This document shows positions 38,137 to 48,554 of a DNA stretch of 64,000 bases, piece by piece. Position 1 is the first letter of the stretch. Each line of letters opens with the position of its first letter. This DNA comes from an uncultured Rhodocyclaceae bacterium (GTDB taxonomy: Bacteria > Pseudomonadota > Gammaproteobacteria > Burkholderiales > Rhodocyclaceae): the NCBI GenBank assembly GCA_964479195.1, contig CAYZLI010000001.1, forward strand, positions 28,572-92,571, given 5' to 3'. Made by a program: the position numbers and the translations under genes. Below the pieces are notes generated by a model, which was not told where the DNA came from, searched no databases, and saw only the letters and a list, made by a program, of their open reading frames with translations.

Positions 38137-38424
38137 ATGGACATCAAGCGATTCGTGTTGCCGGCGCTCACCTTCTTCGTTCTGGCCGGCCCCATCGGTT
38201 CGGCGGCCCATGCCGGACCCCCGACAGCGGTGGACCCGGTGGCCGGGAGCTTCCAGCGTCTGCTCGACCACCCGCCGACCCGCAGCGTGCCGGCGGTCCC
38301 GGGCGGCACGGCAGACCCGTTGCGCGGGGCCGTCAGCGCCGTGCTGTGGGAGACGCGGCTGCCCTCCTTCCACTTGCCGGCCGACCAGGCCCGCGTCCCG
38401 GCACGGCCGAAGCCCAGCATCTGA
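38137..38424 (+). CDS. Small secreted hypothetical protein
   Basis: AAGGAG RBS; signal peptide MDIKRFVLPALTFFVLAGPIGSAAHA. Confidence 0.6.
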   Translation: MDIKRFVLPALTFFVLAGPIGSAAHAGPPTAVDPVAGSFQRLLDHPPTRSVPAVPGGTADPLRGAVSAVLWETRLPSFHLPADQARVPARPKPSI

Positions 38425-38457
38425 GCCGGCGCCCCCGACACGCAAGAGGGAGAACAC

Positions 38458-38991
38458 ATGTCACAACAAGTCGCCTGGCAACTTTCACTCGTCCTGATAA
38501 CGCTGCTGGCCAGCGTCTTCGCCTTCGTCGCGGGCACCGCCGGGACCCGCGAGGCGGATTACACGCCGCTGCAGAAGCGGGCCTACCGCGTCCGCGCCCG
38601 GCTGTTCTGGACGCTGGTGCTGCTGTTCGGGCCGGTGATGGTGTACACGCTGCTGGATCTGCCCTACGACGCGGCCGCCGCCCGCAACGCCGCCGCCCCG
38701 GTGCAAGTGATCGAAGCGGTGGGTTATCAGTGGCGCTGGGAATTGAGCCGCGACCGCATCGTCGCCGGACAGCCGGTGGAATTCCGCGTCAGCAGCGCGG
38801 ACGTCAATCACGGCTTCGGCATCTACGACCCGGACATGCGCCTGGTGGCGCAGACCCAGGTCATGCCGGGCTATACCAACAAGGTCCGCCATACCTTCAG
38901 CAAAGAGGGCACCTACAAGGTCCTGTGCATGGAGTACTGCGGCATTGCACACGACAACATGATCGCCGAACTCAAAGTCGGCAGCCTGTAA
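38458..38991 (+). CDS. norS: CuA-containing subunit II of sNOR-type heme-copper oxidase
   Basis: GYQWRW, DVNHGF, CMEYCGIAHDNM. Confidence 0.8.
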   Translation: MSQQVAWQLSLVLITLLASVFAFVAGTAGTREADYTPLQKRAYRVRARLFWTLVLLFGPVMVYTLLDLPYDAAAARNAAAPVQVIEAVGYQWRWELSRDRIVAGQPVEFRVSSADVNHGFGIYDPDMRLVAQTQVMPGYTNKVRHTFSKEGTYKVLCMEYCGIAHDNMIAELKVGSL

Positions 38992-39005
38992 AGGAGGAGA
39001 CGAGC

Positions 39006-40493
39006 ATGGCGACCTGCATCACGAGCCAAGCGCCCGATCAAGGGGCAAGAGCCGGCGTCCTGGCCTATCTGGTCACGGCCGCCCTGGTCCTGCTGCTGAT
39101 GATGGTCTTCGGCCTGCTCATGCGGCTGGAGCAGGCGGAGGTGACCACCCTGGGCGCCAGCCGGTTCTACGAGCTCATGACGCTCCATGGCGCCGGCATG
39201 GTGGGCATCGCCGGCCTCGCGGGCGCGGCCATCATGTGGCACTTCCTGCGCCGGTACGTGGAGCTGTCCCAGCGGATCTTCGTCGCCAACCTGGTGTTCT
39301 TTCTCGCCGGCGTGGTCATGATCCTGGCCAGCGTCCTGCTCGGGCACTTCCACGCGGGGTGGACCTTCCTCTACCCGCTGCCGGCGAAGTCGATGGGCAT
39401 GTGGAGCCAGGAAGCGGCGGCTCTGTTCATGGGCGGCCTGCTGGTGATCGGCGTCGGCTTCCTGCTGCTCCACCTGGACGTCGCCCGCGCCGTGATCGCC
39501 GGCTACGGCAACTTCGCCCGGGCGCTCGGCTGGCCGCAACTGTTCGGCCACGACGACGGCCACGCGCCGCCGCCCACGGTGGTGGCGAGCGTGATGGTGA
39601 CGATCGTGAACATCATCGGATTGGTGGTCGGCGCCAGCATCCTGACGATGATGCTGGTGAACCTCTACGTGCCGAGCTTCGACATCGATCCGCTGCTGGC
39701 CAAGAACATGATCTATTTCTTCGGCCACGTCTTCATCAATGCCAGCATCTACATGGCGGTGATCGCGGTGTACGAGATCCTGCCGCGCTACACGCAGCGG
39801 CCCTGGAAGTCGAACAAGGTGTTCCTCGCCTCGTGGACGGCCTCGACGCTGATGGTGATGTTCATCTATCCGCACCACCTGCTGATGGATTTCGCCATGC
39901 CGAAATGGATGCTGATCATGGGCCACGTCATCGGCTACCTCAACGGCATTCCGATCCTGGTGGTGACGGCCTACGGCGCGCTGATGATCGTGTTCCGCTC
40001 CGGCATCCGCTGGGACATGGCCTCCGGCCTGCTGTTTCTTTCCCTCTTCGGCTGGGCCGCCGGGGCCATGCCGGCGATCATCGACGGCACCATCACGGTG
40101 AATTACGTGATGCACAACACCCTGTGGGTGCCGGGACATTTCCACACCTACCTGCTGCTCGGCATGGTGACCATGGTCTTCGGCTTCATGTACTACCTCG
40201 GCAAGCCGAGCCGGGAAGCCGCAAGCGGCGTGCTCGACCGCGCCGCGTTCTGGGTGTTCGCCGTCGCCACCCTGGGCTTCACGCTGAGCTTCCTCTACTC
40301 CGGCCAGGCCAGCGTGGCGCGCCGCTACGCCGCCCACCTGCCCGAATGGGTTCCCTATGCCCGCATCGGCTCGGTCTTCGCCGTGCTGGTGATCGCCGCC
40401 GTGCTGGTCTTCGTGCTGCGCTTCCTCGGCCGCCTGCGCTTCGCCGCGCAGGATGCGCCGCGGGCGGCGCTGGCACGCGGAGCCGCCGCGTGA
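39006..40493 (+). CDS. norY: Heme-copper superfamily subunit I, sNOR-type NO reductase
   Basis: TLHG, GWTFLYPL, FFGHVFIN (Asn in place of cross-linked Tyr), PHHL, HNTLWVPGHFH. Confidence 0.82.
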   Translation: MATCITSQAPDQGARAGVLAYLVTAALVLLLMMVFGLLMRLEQAEVTTLGASRFYELMTLHGAGMVGIAGLAGAAIMWHFLRRYVELSQRIFVANLVFFLAGVVMILASVLLGHFHAGWTFLYPLPAKSMGMWSQEAAALFMGGLLVIGVGFLLLHLDVARAVIAGYGNFARALGWPQLFGHDDGHAPPPTVVASVMVTIVNIIGLVVGASILTMMLVNLYVPSFDIDPLLAKNMIYFFGHVFINASIYMAVIAVYEILPRYTQRPWKSNKVFLASWTASTLMVMFIYPHHLLMDFAMPKWMLIMGHVIGYLNGIPILVVTAYGALMIVFRSGIRWDMASGLLFLSLFGWAAGAMPAIIDGTITVNYVMHNTLWVPGHFHTYLLLGMVTMVFGFMYYLGKPSREAASGVLDRAAFWVFAVATLGFTLSFLYSGQASVARRYAAHLPEWVPYARIGSVFAVLVIAAVLVFVLRFLGRLRFAAQDAPRAALARGAAA

Positions 40494-41095
40494 CACGCAG
40501 CGTTGCCGCCGCCGCGCTGGTGACCCTGCTGGGCAGCGCCGCCCTGTGGTGGGGCACCGACGGCCTGCAGGCGTTCACGGCCGAAACGGCCCGGCGCGTA
40601 GACGTCCTGCGCTTGCCGCGGGCGCTGCCCGCGTCCGTACTCGAAGACCAGGACGGTCGCGCCTTCAGCCTACAGGACTACCGGGGCCGGCTGCTGGCGG
40701 TGGAGTTCATCTACACGCGCTGTACGACGCTGTGCCGCAGCCTGGGCATGGCCTTCAAGCAGATCCGCGACCGGGTGCCGCCCGAGGCGCTGGGACGCGA
40801 CTTCGCCCTGGTGAGCATCAGCTTCGATCCGGAGCGCGACGACCCGCCCAGTCTCAAGGCCTACGGCCGGACCTACGGCGCCGACGGCGCGCACTGGCGC
40901 ATCGCGCGGGTGCGCGACGGCGCGCAATTGCCGGCGCTGCTGGAGGCCTTCGGCCTCGTCGTGGTTCCCGACGGCCTGGGCGGGTTCGAGCACAACGCGG
41001 CCATCCATCTGCTGGGCCGCGACGGCAAGCTCGCCTGGATCGGCGAGATCGACGAGCCCATCCGGTTCGCCGCAAGGATCGCCCCATGGTTGTGA
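40490..41095 (+). CDS. senC: SCO/SenC copper chaperone
   Basis: FIYTRCTTLC (CxxxC), SISFDPERD, EHNA; GTG start. Confidence 0.9.
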   Translation: MTRSVAAAALVTLLGSAALWWGTDGLQAFTAETARRVDVLRLPRALPASVLEDQDGRAFSLQDYRGRLLAVEFIYTRCTTLCRSLGMAFKQIRDRVPPEALGRDFALVSISFDPERDDPPSLKAYGRTYGADGAHWRIARVRDGAQLPALLEAFGLVVVPDGLGGFEHNAAIHLLGRDGKLAWIGEIDEPIRFAARIAPWL

Positions 41096-41715
41096 AGCTC
41101 TCGCCCCCGCAGCGGGCCGCCGGCCTGGTGGCCCTGTATCTGCTCCTGGCCACGCCGGCGGCGCGCGCCTGGCTGGAATCGACCATGACCGGCCACATGC
41201 TGGTGCAGATGCCCCTGCTCGCGGCCATCGGCATGGCGGCCGCCGGGCTGCTGCCGGAGCGACGCCGGGAGGCGCTGCTCGCCTGCGCCGGCGGCGCCGT
41301 CCCCGGCGTGCTGCTGGCAGTGTTCGCGTCGAGTTGGTGGATGCTGCCCCGCGCGCTGGATGCCGCACTGGCCAGCCCGCCGGTGGAGGCGGCGAAATTC
41401 TTCGGCCTGCCGGCCCTGGTCGGGCTGCCCCTGGGACTCGCCTGGCGGCGGCTCACCTGCATCGGTCGCGGCTTCGTGTGGACCAACTTCATCAGCATGC
41501 TGGCCGTGCTGGGCTGGCTGTACGTCGCCGCGCCGGTGCGGGTCTGCAACAACTACCTGGTGGATCAGCAGGCGGGCGCCGGCTGGCTCATGGTGAAGCT
41601 GGCCGTGCTGCTCTTCGCCGGGTGGCTGGGCAAGCTGTTCATCGGCGGCAAGGCTGCGCCCGAGCGGCATGGCCCCATGGAAGCCGGCCTGAAACGTCGC
41701 CCGAGCGTCGCCTGA
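41086..41715 (+). CDS. Membrane protein (CtaG-like; orf of norSY-senC operons)
   Basis: HMLVQMPLL, WMLPRALD, RVCNNYL; multiple TMs. Confidence 0.75.
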   Translation: MVVKLSPPQRAAGLVALYLLLATPAARAWLESTMTGHMLVQMPLLAAIGMAAAGLLPERRREALLACAGGAVPGVLLAVFASSWWMLPRALDAALASPPVEAAKFFGLPALVGLPLGLAWRRLTCIGRGFVWTNFISMLAVLGWLYVAAPVRVCNNYLVDQQAGAGWLMVKLAVLLFAGWLGKLFIGGKAAPERHGPMEAGLKRRPSVA

Positions 41716-41736
41716 ACGCCCTGAAAGGAGAGGCAC

Positions 41737-42591
41737 ATGGACTACATTCCCCCGCTGAAGCTCATGGAAGAACTCGAGGCCGCCAGCATGAAGAAAGCCG
41801 GCCTCAGCACGCAGAGCTTGCTGCTCAAGGGCTTCCTGTCCGGCGCCCTGCTGGCCTATGCCACGGCCTTCGCCTTCAAGGCGTCGGAGGGCTTCAGCGC
41901 GGGCGCCGCCGCGCTGGTGGCGGCGGCGGTCTTTCCCGTGGGTTTCGCCATGATCGTGCTGCTTGGCCTGGAGCTTGCCACCGGCAACTTCGCCGTGCTG
42001 GCGCTGGGCGTTGCCCGCGGCAGGACGAGCTACGGCGCCATGCTGCGCAACTGGGGATGGGTCTATCTGGGCAATCTCGCCGGCAGCCTGTTCGTCGGCT
42101 TTCTGCTAGCCCTCTCCCTTACCGAGGCCTTCAGCCAGGGGGCCGGGCCCCTCGGCGCGCGGATCATCGCCGTGGCCCAGTCGAAGACCCTGGTCTACGA
42201 ACATGCCGGTGCGGCCGGCTGGCTCACCGCATTCACCAAGGGCATCCTCTGCAACTGGATGGTGGCCATCGGCACCGTCCTCGGCCTGAGTTCCAGCTCG
42301 GCCTCGGGCAAGATCGCCGCCGTATGGCTCCCGGTCATGACCTTCTTCGGCTTGGCCTTCGAGCATTCGGTGGTGAATATGTTCGTGATCCCCACCGCCA
42401 TCATGCTGGGTGCCGACATCGGCCTCGGGCAATGGTGGCTCTGGAACCAGATTCCGGTGACGCTGGGCAATATCCTGGCCGGCGCGCTTCTCACCGGCCT
42501 GCTGCTGCACTACTGCAACAGGAGCTACCCGGTCAGCCAGGCCAAGCCGGCCGACCGGACCACGCCGGTCGAGGCGGGCCGCGTCGCCTGA
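41737..42591 (+). CDS. Formate/nitrite transporter (FNT) family channel
   Basis: FPVGF, ELATGN, LGNLAG, KGILCNWMV, FEHSVVNM, TLGNILAG. Confidence 0.93.
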   Translation: MDYIPPLKLMEELEAASMKKAGLSTQSLLLKGFLSGALLAYATAFAFKASEGFSAGAAALVAAAVFPVGFAMIVLLGLELATGNFAVLALGVARGRTSYGAMLRNWGWVYLGNLAGSLFVGFLLALSLTEAFSQGAGPLGARIIAVAQSKTLVYEHAGAAGWLTAFTKGILCNWMVAIGTVLGLSSSSASGKIAAVWLPVMTFFGLAFEHSVVNMFVIPTAIMLGADIGLGQWWLWNQIPVTLGNILAGALLTGLLLHYCNRSYPVSQAKPADRTTPVEAGRVA

Positions 42592-42606
42592 ACTCCCGGC
42601 CGCCGC

Positions 42607-44088
42607 TCAGCGTCCGAGCAGGAAGGCGTAGGAAGCGTAGATGCAGAATTCGAGCACGCTCTCCGGCAGGATGCCGAGCACCGCGACGGCGAGGCCGTTG
42701 AGGGAGAGGACGAGCCGCATGTCCGTCGGCGCCTCGATGGGAGCGGTGTCGGTCGGCGCGTCGAAGTACATGAGCTTCACCACCCGCAGGTAGTAGTAGG
42801 CGCCGACCAGGGAGAACATCACGGCGAACACCGCCAGCCAGATCTGGCCGGCAGCCACGACCGCCTGCAGCACGGCGAGCTTGGCGAAGAAGCCGATGAA
42901 GAACGGGATGCCGGCCATGGAGAACATCAGGATCATCATGATGCCGGCGAACCAGGGGCTGCGCTTGTTCAACCCCTTGAAGTCCTCGATCTGCTCGGCC
43001 TCGAAGCCGGCGCGGGAGAGCAGCAGGATCATGCCGAAGGCGCCCAGGCTCATGAGCACGTAGGCCACGGCGTAGAACATGGCCGAGCTGTAGGCGTTCA
43101 GGGCGTAGCGCGGGTCGCCACCGACGATGCCCGAGAGCAGCCCCAGCAGCATGAAGCCCATGTGCGAGATGGCCGAGTAGGCCAGCATGCGCTTGAGGTT
43201 GGTCTGGGCGATGGCGGCCAGGTTGCCCAGGGCGATGGACAGCGCGGCGAGGATCATCAGCATGACCTGCCAGTGCTCGGCCAGATCGCCCAGGCCGGTC
43301 ACCAGCAGGCGCATGGCGATGGCCAGCGCGGCCAGCTTGGGGGCCGAACCGATGAAGAGCGTCACCGCGGTCGGCGCGCCGTGATAGACGTCCGGAATCC
43401 ACATGTGGAAGGGCACCACCCCCAACTTGAAGGCGATGCCCGCCATGAGGAAGACGAGGCCGAACACCAGAACGGGCTTGCTGCCGCCGCCCAGGGCGAT
43501 GCGCTGGCCGGCCTCGGCGATTTCCAGGCTGCCCACCGCGCCGTAGATCATGGACATGCCGTAGAGCAGCATGCCGGAAGCCATGGCGCCCAGGACGAAG
43601 TATTTCATCGCCGCCTCGGTGGCGCGCGCCGAATCGCGGTCGATGGCCACCAGCGCGTAGAGCGACAGGGAGAGAAGCTCCAGGCCCAGGTACAGGGTGA
43701 GGAAATGGCTGGCCGAGATCATCACCATCATGCCCAGGGTGGCGAACAGCACCAGCAGGTAGAAGTCGCCCCGGTCCAGGTTGCGCGCCGCCAGGTAGCC
43801 GCGGCTGTAGATGAGCATGACGGCGACGGCGAGATACAGCGCCAGCTTGAGAAAGTCGGCGAACAGGTCATCCACGAACATGTTGCTGAAGGTGGTCACC
43901 GTCTGCCCGTCGAGGGTCAGGAAAGTGATGCCGAAGGCCCCCACCAGGGTGAGCTGGGTCAGCAGGTAGGCCATCCAGCGCCGGGCAGCGCCGGCAAAGA
44001 GGTCCACCAGCAGCACCACGCAGACCATGATGAGGAGGAAGATCTCCGCCGAGGCGGGGTAGAGATCGGGCATCACGAAGTTGATCAT
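42607..44088 (-). CDS. nuoN: NADH-quinone oxidoreductase N
   Basis: [34 protein letters not shown]. Confidence 0.97.
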   Translation of the reverse strand: MINFVMPDLYPASAEIFLLIMVCVVLLVDLFAGAARRWMAYLLTQLTLVGAFGITFLTLDGQTVTTFSNMFVDDLFADFLKLALYLAVAVMLIYSRGYLAARNLDRGDFYLLVLFATLGMMVMISASHFLTLYLGLELLSLSLYALVAIDRDSARATEAAMKYFVLGAMASGMLLYGMSMIYGAVGSLEIAEAGQRIALGGGSKPVLVFGLVFLMAGIAFKLGVVPFHMWIPDVYHGAPTAVTLFIGSAPKLAALAIAMRLLVTGLGDLAEHWQVMLMILAALSIALGNLAAIAQTNLKRMLAYSAISHMGFMLLGLLSGIVGGDPRYALNAYSSAMFYAVAYVLMSLGAFGMILLLSRAGFEAEQIEDFKGLNKRSPWFAGIMMILMFSMAGIPFFIGFFAKLAVLQAVVAAGQIWLAVFAVMFSLVGAYYYLRVVKLMYFDAPTDTAPIEAPTDMRLVLSLNGLAVAVLGILPESVLEFCIYASYAFLLGR

Positions 44089-44097
44089 GGTCGGTGC

Positions 44098-45579
44098 TCA
44101 GAGCTTGGAGACGGCAACGTGCTTCAGCAGGTTGTCCACCGAGGCGTGCATCACCTCCGTGAAGGGGAAGGGATAGAGGCCCATGGCCAGCACGCACAGG
44201 GCCAGGGCGCCGAGGATGAAGAACTCCCGCCCGTCGATGTCCGTGAGCTCGGCCACATGGTGGTTGGCCACCGCGCCGAACACCACCCGCTTGTACATCC
44301 ACAGGGTGTAGGCGGCGCCCATGATCAGGGTGGTCGCGGCGGCGAAGCCGATCCAGAAGTTGTACTTGATCGCGCCCAGGGCCACCATGAACTCGCCGAC
44401 GAAGCCGCTGGTGGCCGGCAGGCCCGAGTTGGCCATGGCAAACAGCATGAACAAGGCGGCGAACTTGGGCATGGTGTTCACCACGCCGCCGTAATCGGCG
44501 ATCTGGCGGCTGTGCATGCGGTCGTACATCACGCCGACGCAAAGGAACATGGCGCCCGAGACGAAGCCGTGGGAGATCATCTGCACCAGGGCGCCTTCGA
44601 GGCCGATCTGGTTGAAGATGAAGAAGCCCAGGGTGACGAAGCCCATGTGGGAGATCGATGAATAGGCAATCAGCTTCTTCATGTCCGCCTGGACAAGCGC
44701 CACGAAGCCGATGTAGACCACGGCGATGAGCGAGAGCCCGATCATCATGCCGGCCAGCTCGTGGCTGGCGTCCGGGGCGATGGGTAGGGAGAAGCGCAGG
44801 AAGCCGTAGGCGCCCAGCTTCAGCATGATGGCCGCCAGGATCACCGAGCCGCCCGTGGGTGCCTCCACGTGGGCGTCCGGCAGCCAGGTGTGCACCGGCC
44901 ACATGGGCACCTTCACGGCGAAGGCGATGAGGAAGGCGAGGAAGAGGTACACCTGCGCCTCGAGGCCCAGCTTCACCGCATGCCAGTCGAGGATGCTGAA
45001 GCTGAAGCCGGCCTGGAAGAAGAGGTAGATCAGGGCCACCAGCATCAGCAGGGAGCCGAGCAGCGTGTAGAGGAAGAACTTGAAGGCCGCATAGACCCGG
45101 TTCGGCCCGCCCCACACGCCGATGATGATGTACATGGGGATGAGGGATGCCTCGAAGAAGACGTAGAACAGCACCGCGTCCAGGGCCGCGAAGATGCCGT
45201 TCTGCAGGCCGGACATGATGAGGAAGGCGGCCATGTACTGGGCGACCTTCTCGTTGATCATCTTCCAGCCGGCCAGCACCACCAGGATGGTGAGGAAGGC
45301 GTTGAGCAGGATGAACAGCACCGAAATGCCGTCCACGCCGAGCTGGTAGTTGATGTTGAAGCGCGGGATCCAGGGCAGCAGCTCGCCGAACTGCATGGCG
45401 CTGGTCGTCGTGTCGAAGCCCGTGTAGAGGGGGATGGTGACGAGGAAGCTGGCCAACGCGCTGACCAGGGCCAGCAGCCGCGCCTGCGCCGCGTTGCGGT
45501 CGGAACCGGTGGCGAGCACCAGCAGGCCGCCGGCGATGGGCAGCCAAATGGCGAGACTGAGCAGAGGAATACCCGTCAT
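44098..45579 (-). CDS. nuoM: NADH-quinone oxidoreductase M
   Basis: KVPMWPVHTWLPDAHVEAP. Confidence 0.97.
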   Translation of the reverse strand: MTGIPLLSLAIWLPIAGGLLVLATGSDRNAAQARLLALVSALASFLVTIPLYTGFDTTTSAMQFGELLPWIPRFNINYQLGVDGISVLFILLNAFLTILVVLAGWKMINEKVAQYMAAFLIMSGLQNGIFAALDAVLFYVFFEASLIPMYIIIGVWGGPNRVYAAFKFFLYTLLGSLLMLVALIYLFFQAGFSFSILDWHAVKLGLEAQVYLFLAFLIAFAVKVPMWPVHTWLPDAHVEAPTGGSVILAAIMLKLGAYGFLRFSLPIAPDASHELAGMMIGLSLIAVVYIGFVALVQADMKKLIAYSSISHMGFVTLGFFIFNQIGLEGALVQMISHGFVSGAMFLCVGVMYDRMHSRQIADYGGVVNTMPKFAALFMLFAMANSGLPATSGFVGEFMVALGAIKYNFWIGFAAATTLIMGAAYTLWMYKRVVFGAVANHHVAELTDIDGREFFILGALALCVLAMGLYPFPFTEVMHASVDNLLKHVAVSKL

Positions 45580-45589
45580 TTCAACTTTC

Positions 45590-47623
45590 CTAAGCGCGGT
45601 TCAGCCACAGGGTCAGCAGCACGAAGACGCCGATGATCATGGAGAACGCGTACTGGTAGATGTAGCCCGACTGGAACAGCCGCACAATGGAGGCCGCCCA
45701 GCCCACCACCCGGGCGGAACCGTTGACCGCCACCCCGTCGATCAGCACTTGGTCGCCGCCCTTCCACAGGCCGCGGCCCACCAGGCGCGCGCCGCCGGCG
45801 AAGAACCAGTCGTTGAAGCGGTCGAAGTAGTACTTGTTCTCCAGCAGCGTGTAGAGCGCATCCACCCGGTCCTTGATCGCCGCCGGAATGTCCGGGCGTT
45901 TCAGGTAGAAGAACCAGGACAGGGCGACGCCGGCCAGGGCCAGCCAGAACGGCAGCGTGGTAAAGGCATGCAGGGCCATGGCGAAGGGGCCGTGGAATTC
46001 CTGCTTGAGCTCCGCCATGGCGTGATGGAGCTCGTGATTGACGACGATCGCGTCCCCGAAGAAGCCGCCGAAGAGCATCGGCTCGATGGTGATGTAGCCG
46101 ATGGCAAGCGAGGGGATCGCCAGGAAGACTAGCGGCAGCCAGACCACCCAGGGCGTCTCGTGCGGCTTCTCGCCGGGCGCCAGGCCGTGGTGGTGGTTGG
46201 TCTCATGCTCCTCCTCGTCCGGCTCGATCTCGTGGCCGTGCTGCCGAGTGTGCGAAGAAGCGGGCTTGCCGAAGCGCTCCTCGCCGTGGAAGACGAGGAA
46301 GTACATGCGGAAGGAGTAGAAGGCGGTGACGAACACGCCGGCCACGACGCAGAAGTAGGCGAAGCCGGCGCCCGGAATGGGGGAGGCGGCCACCGCCTCG
46401 ATGATCGAGTCCTTGGAGTAGAAGCCGGAGAACAGCGGCGTGCCGATCAGGGCCAGGGAGCCCACCAGGGAGGTGATCCAGGTGATGGGCAGGTACTTGC
46501 GCAACCCGCCCATGTTGCGGATGTCCTGGTCGTGGTGCAGGGCGATGATGACCGAGCCGGCCCCCAGGAACAGCAGGGCCTTGAAGAAAGCGTGGGTCAT
46601 CAGGTGGAAGATGGCCACCGAGTAGGCCGAGGCACCCAGGGCCACGGTCATGTAGCCGAGCTGGGACAGGGTCGAGTAGGCCACCACGCGCTTGATGTCG
46701 TTCTGCACGATGCCCAGGAAGCCCATGGACAGGGCCGTGATGGCGCCGATGACGAGGACGAAGGACAAGGCCGCCTCGGACAGCTCGAACAGGGGCGACA
46801 TGCGCGCGACCATGAAGATGCCCGCGGTCACCATGGTGGCGGCGTGGATCAGGGCCGAGATCGGGGTGGGGCCTTCCATGGAGTCCGGCAGCCAGACGTG
46901 CAGCGGCACCTGGGCGGACTTGCCCATGGCGCCGATGAACAGGCAGATGCAGATGGCGGTGATGAGCGGCCAGCCGGTGGCCGCCTCGTTCATGGCGGCG
47001 AGTTCCTTGCCCTTGGCGAACACCTGGGCGTAGTCCAGGCTGCCGCAGTAGGCGGCGATGAGGCCGATGCCCAGCAGGAAGCCGAAGTCGCCGACGCGGT
47101 TCACCAGGAAGGCCTTCAGGTTGGCGTAGATCGCCGTGGGCCGCGTGTACCAGAAGCCTATCAGGAGATAGGAGACCAGGCCCACCGCCTCCCAGCCGAA
47201 GAAGAGCTGGAGGAAGTTGTTGGACATCACCAGCATCAGCATGGAGAAGGTGAACAGCGAGATGTAGCTGAAGAAGCGCTGGTAGCCCGGATCGTCGTGC
47301 ATGTAGCCGATGGTGTAGATGTGCACCATGAGCGAGACGAAGTTCACCACCAGCATCATGGTGACGGTGAGCTTGTCGATGAGGAAGCCGACCTCCAGCC
47401 TGAGCTCGCCGCTGGTGAGCCACGTGTAGACCATGCCGTTATAGACGTTGCCGCGGCTCACGTCCTGGAAGATGAGCCAGGAAGCGACCAGGGACACGGC
47501 CACACCGATGATGGTGACCCAGTGGGCGCCGGCGCGGCCGATCGTTCTTCCGAACAGGCCGGCGATGACGGCGCCGGCCAGCGGGGCCAGGGGTACGAGA
47601 AGGTAGAGCGTTTTCATGTCCAT
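45590..47623 (-). CDS. nuoL: NADH-quinone oxidoreductase L
   Basis: GKSAQVPLHVWLPDSMEGPTP. Confidence 0.97.
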   Translation of the reverse strand: MDMKTLYLLVPLAPLAGAVIAGLFGRTIGRAGAHWVTIIGVAVSLVASWLIFQDVSRGNVYNGMVYTWLTSGELRLEVGFLIDKLTVTMMLVVNFVSLMVHIYTIGYMHDDPGYQRFFSYISLFTFSMLMLVMSNNFLQLFFGWEAVGLVSYLLIGFWYTRPTAIYANLKAFLVNRVGDFGFLLGIGLIAAYCGSLDYAQVFAKGKELAAMNEAATGWPLITAICICLFIGAMGKSAQVPLHVWLPDSMEGPTPISALIHAATMVTAGIFMVARMSPLFELSEAALSFVLVIGAITALSMGFLGIVQNDIKRVVAYSTLSQLGYMTVALGASAYSVAIFHLMTHAFFKALLFLGAGSVIIALHHDQDIRNMGGLRKYLPITWITSLVGSLALIGTPLFSGFYSKDSIIEAVAASPIPGAGFAYFCVVAGVFVTAFYSFRMYFLVFHGEERFGKPASSHTRQHGHEIEPDEEEHETNHHHGLAPGEKPHETPWVVWLPLVFLAIPSLAIGYITIEPMLFGGFFGDAIVVNHELHHAMAELKQEFHGPFAMALHAFTTLPFWLALAGVALSWFFYLKRPDIPAAIKDRVDALYTLLENKYYFDRFNDWFFAGGARLVGRGLWKGGDQVLIDGVAVNGSARVVGWAASIVRLFQSGYIYQYAFSMIIGVFVLLTLWLNRA

Positions 47624-47633
47624 CGTTGCGGCC

Positions 47634-47942
47634 CTATCCCTGCAGGCTGTCGAGGTCATCCACGTGGATCGTGCGCAGGTTGCGGAACAGCACGACCAGG
47701 ATGGCGAGGCCGATGGCGGATTCCGCCGCGGCGACGGTCAGGATGAAGAAGACGAACACCTGCCCTGCCATGTCGCCCAGGTAATGGGAGAAGGCGACGA
47801 AGTTCATGTTGACCGCGAGCAGGATCAGCTCGATGGCCATGAGCAGGACGATGAGGTTCTTGCGGTTGAGGAAGATGCCGACGATGCCGATGGCGAAGAG
47901 GATCGCCCCCAGGGTCAGGTAATGGGAGAGGGAAAGCGTCAT
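47634..47942 (-). CDS. nuoK: NADH-quinone oxidoreductase K
   Basis: [17 protein letters not shown]. Confidence 0.96.
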   Translation of the reverse strand: MTLSLSHYLTLGAILFAIGIVGIFLNRKNLIVLLMAIELILLAVNMNFVAFSHYLGDMAGQVFVFFILTVAAAESAIGLAILVVLFRNLRTIHVDDLDSLQG

Positions 47943-47946
47943 GGCG

Positions 47947-48549
47947 TCACTCCTTCTCCGCCGGCATGGCGACAATGCGGACGCGATCGTTGCGCTTGAC
48001 CGCGATCTGCTCCGCGGGATTGAGGTAGCGGGTATCCCGCCGCTTGCGCATGGTCAGGATGATGGCGGCGATGATGGCCACCAGCAGGATGACCGAGGCC
48101 AGTTCGAACGGATAGACGTACTCCGTATAGATCAGCCGGCCGAGCTCCTTGGTGTTGCTGTAGCCGGCGCCGGGCGCCTTCGGCTCGGGCATGGCCTCGG
48201 CGCCGAAATAGCGGGCGGCCACCACCGCGACCATCTCGCCTACCATCAACAGGGCGATGGGACCGCCCAGCCAGAGGTTGTTCCAGAAGCCCTGGCGCAG
48301 CCGTTCCAGGTTGATGTCCAGCATCATCACCACGAAGAGGAAGAGCACCATCACGGCGCCGACATAGACCACGATCAGGGCAATGGCGAGGAACTCCGCC
48401 TGCAGCAGCAGCCAGGTGCCGCTCGCGGTGAAGAAGGACAGCACGAGGAAGAGCGCGGCATGCACCGGGTTGCGCGCCGTGATGACGCCCAGGGCGGCGA
48501 GCACCAGGATCGTCGAGAGGAAGTAGAAAACGTAGGTTTTGAATTCCAT
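47947..48549 (-). CDS. nuoJ: NADH-quinone oxidoreductase J
   Basis: [26 protein letters not shown]. Confidence 0.96.
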   Translation of the reverse strand: MEFKTYVFYFLSTILVLAALGVITARNPVHAALFLVLSFFTASGTWLLLQAEFLAIALIVVYVGAVMVLFLFVVMMLDINLERLRQGFWNNLWLGGPIALLMVGEMVAVVAARYFGAEAMPEPKAPGAGYSNTKELGRLIYTEYVYPFELASVILLVAIIAAIILTMRKRRDTRYLNPAEQIAVKRNDRVRIVAMPAEKE

Positions 48550-48554
48550 GGGCG

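Noticed and set aside
38458..40493. Ordinary cytochrome c oxidase (coxBA)
   Set aside because: The active-site cross-link Tyr is replaced by Asn and the operon layout fits sNOR.
46170..46270. His/Glu-rich insertion in NuoL
   Set aside because: A variable His-rich loop at this position is common in proteobacterial NuoL.
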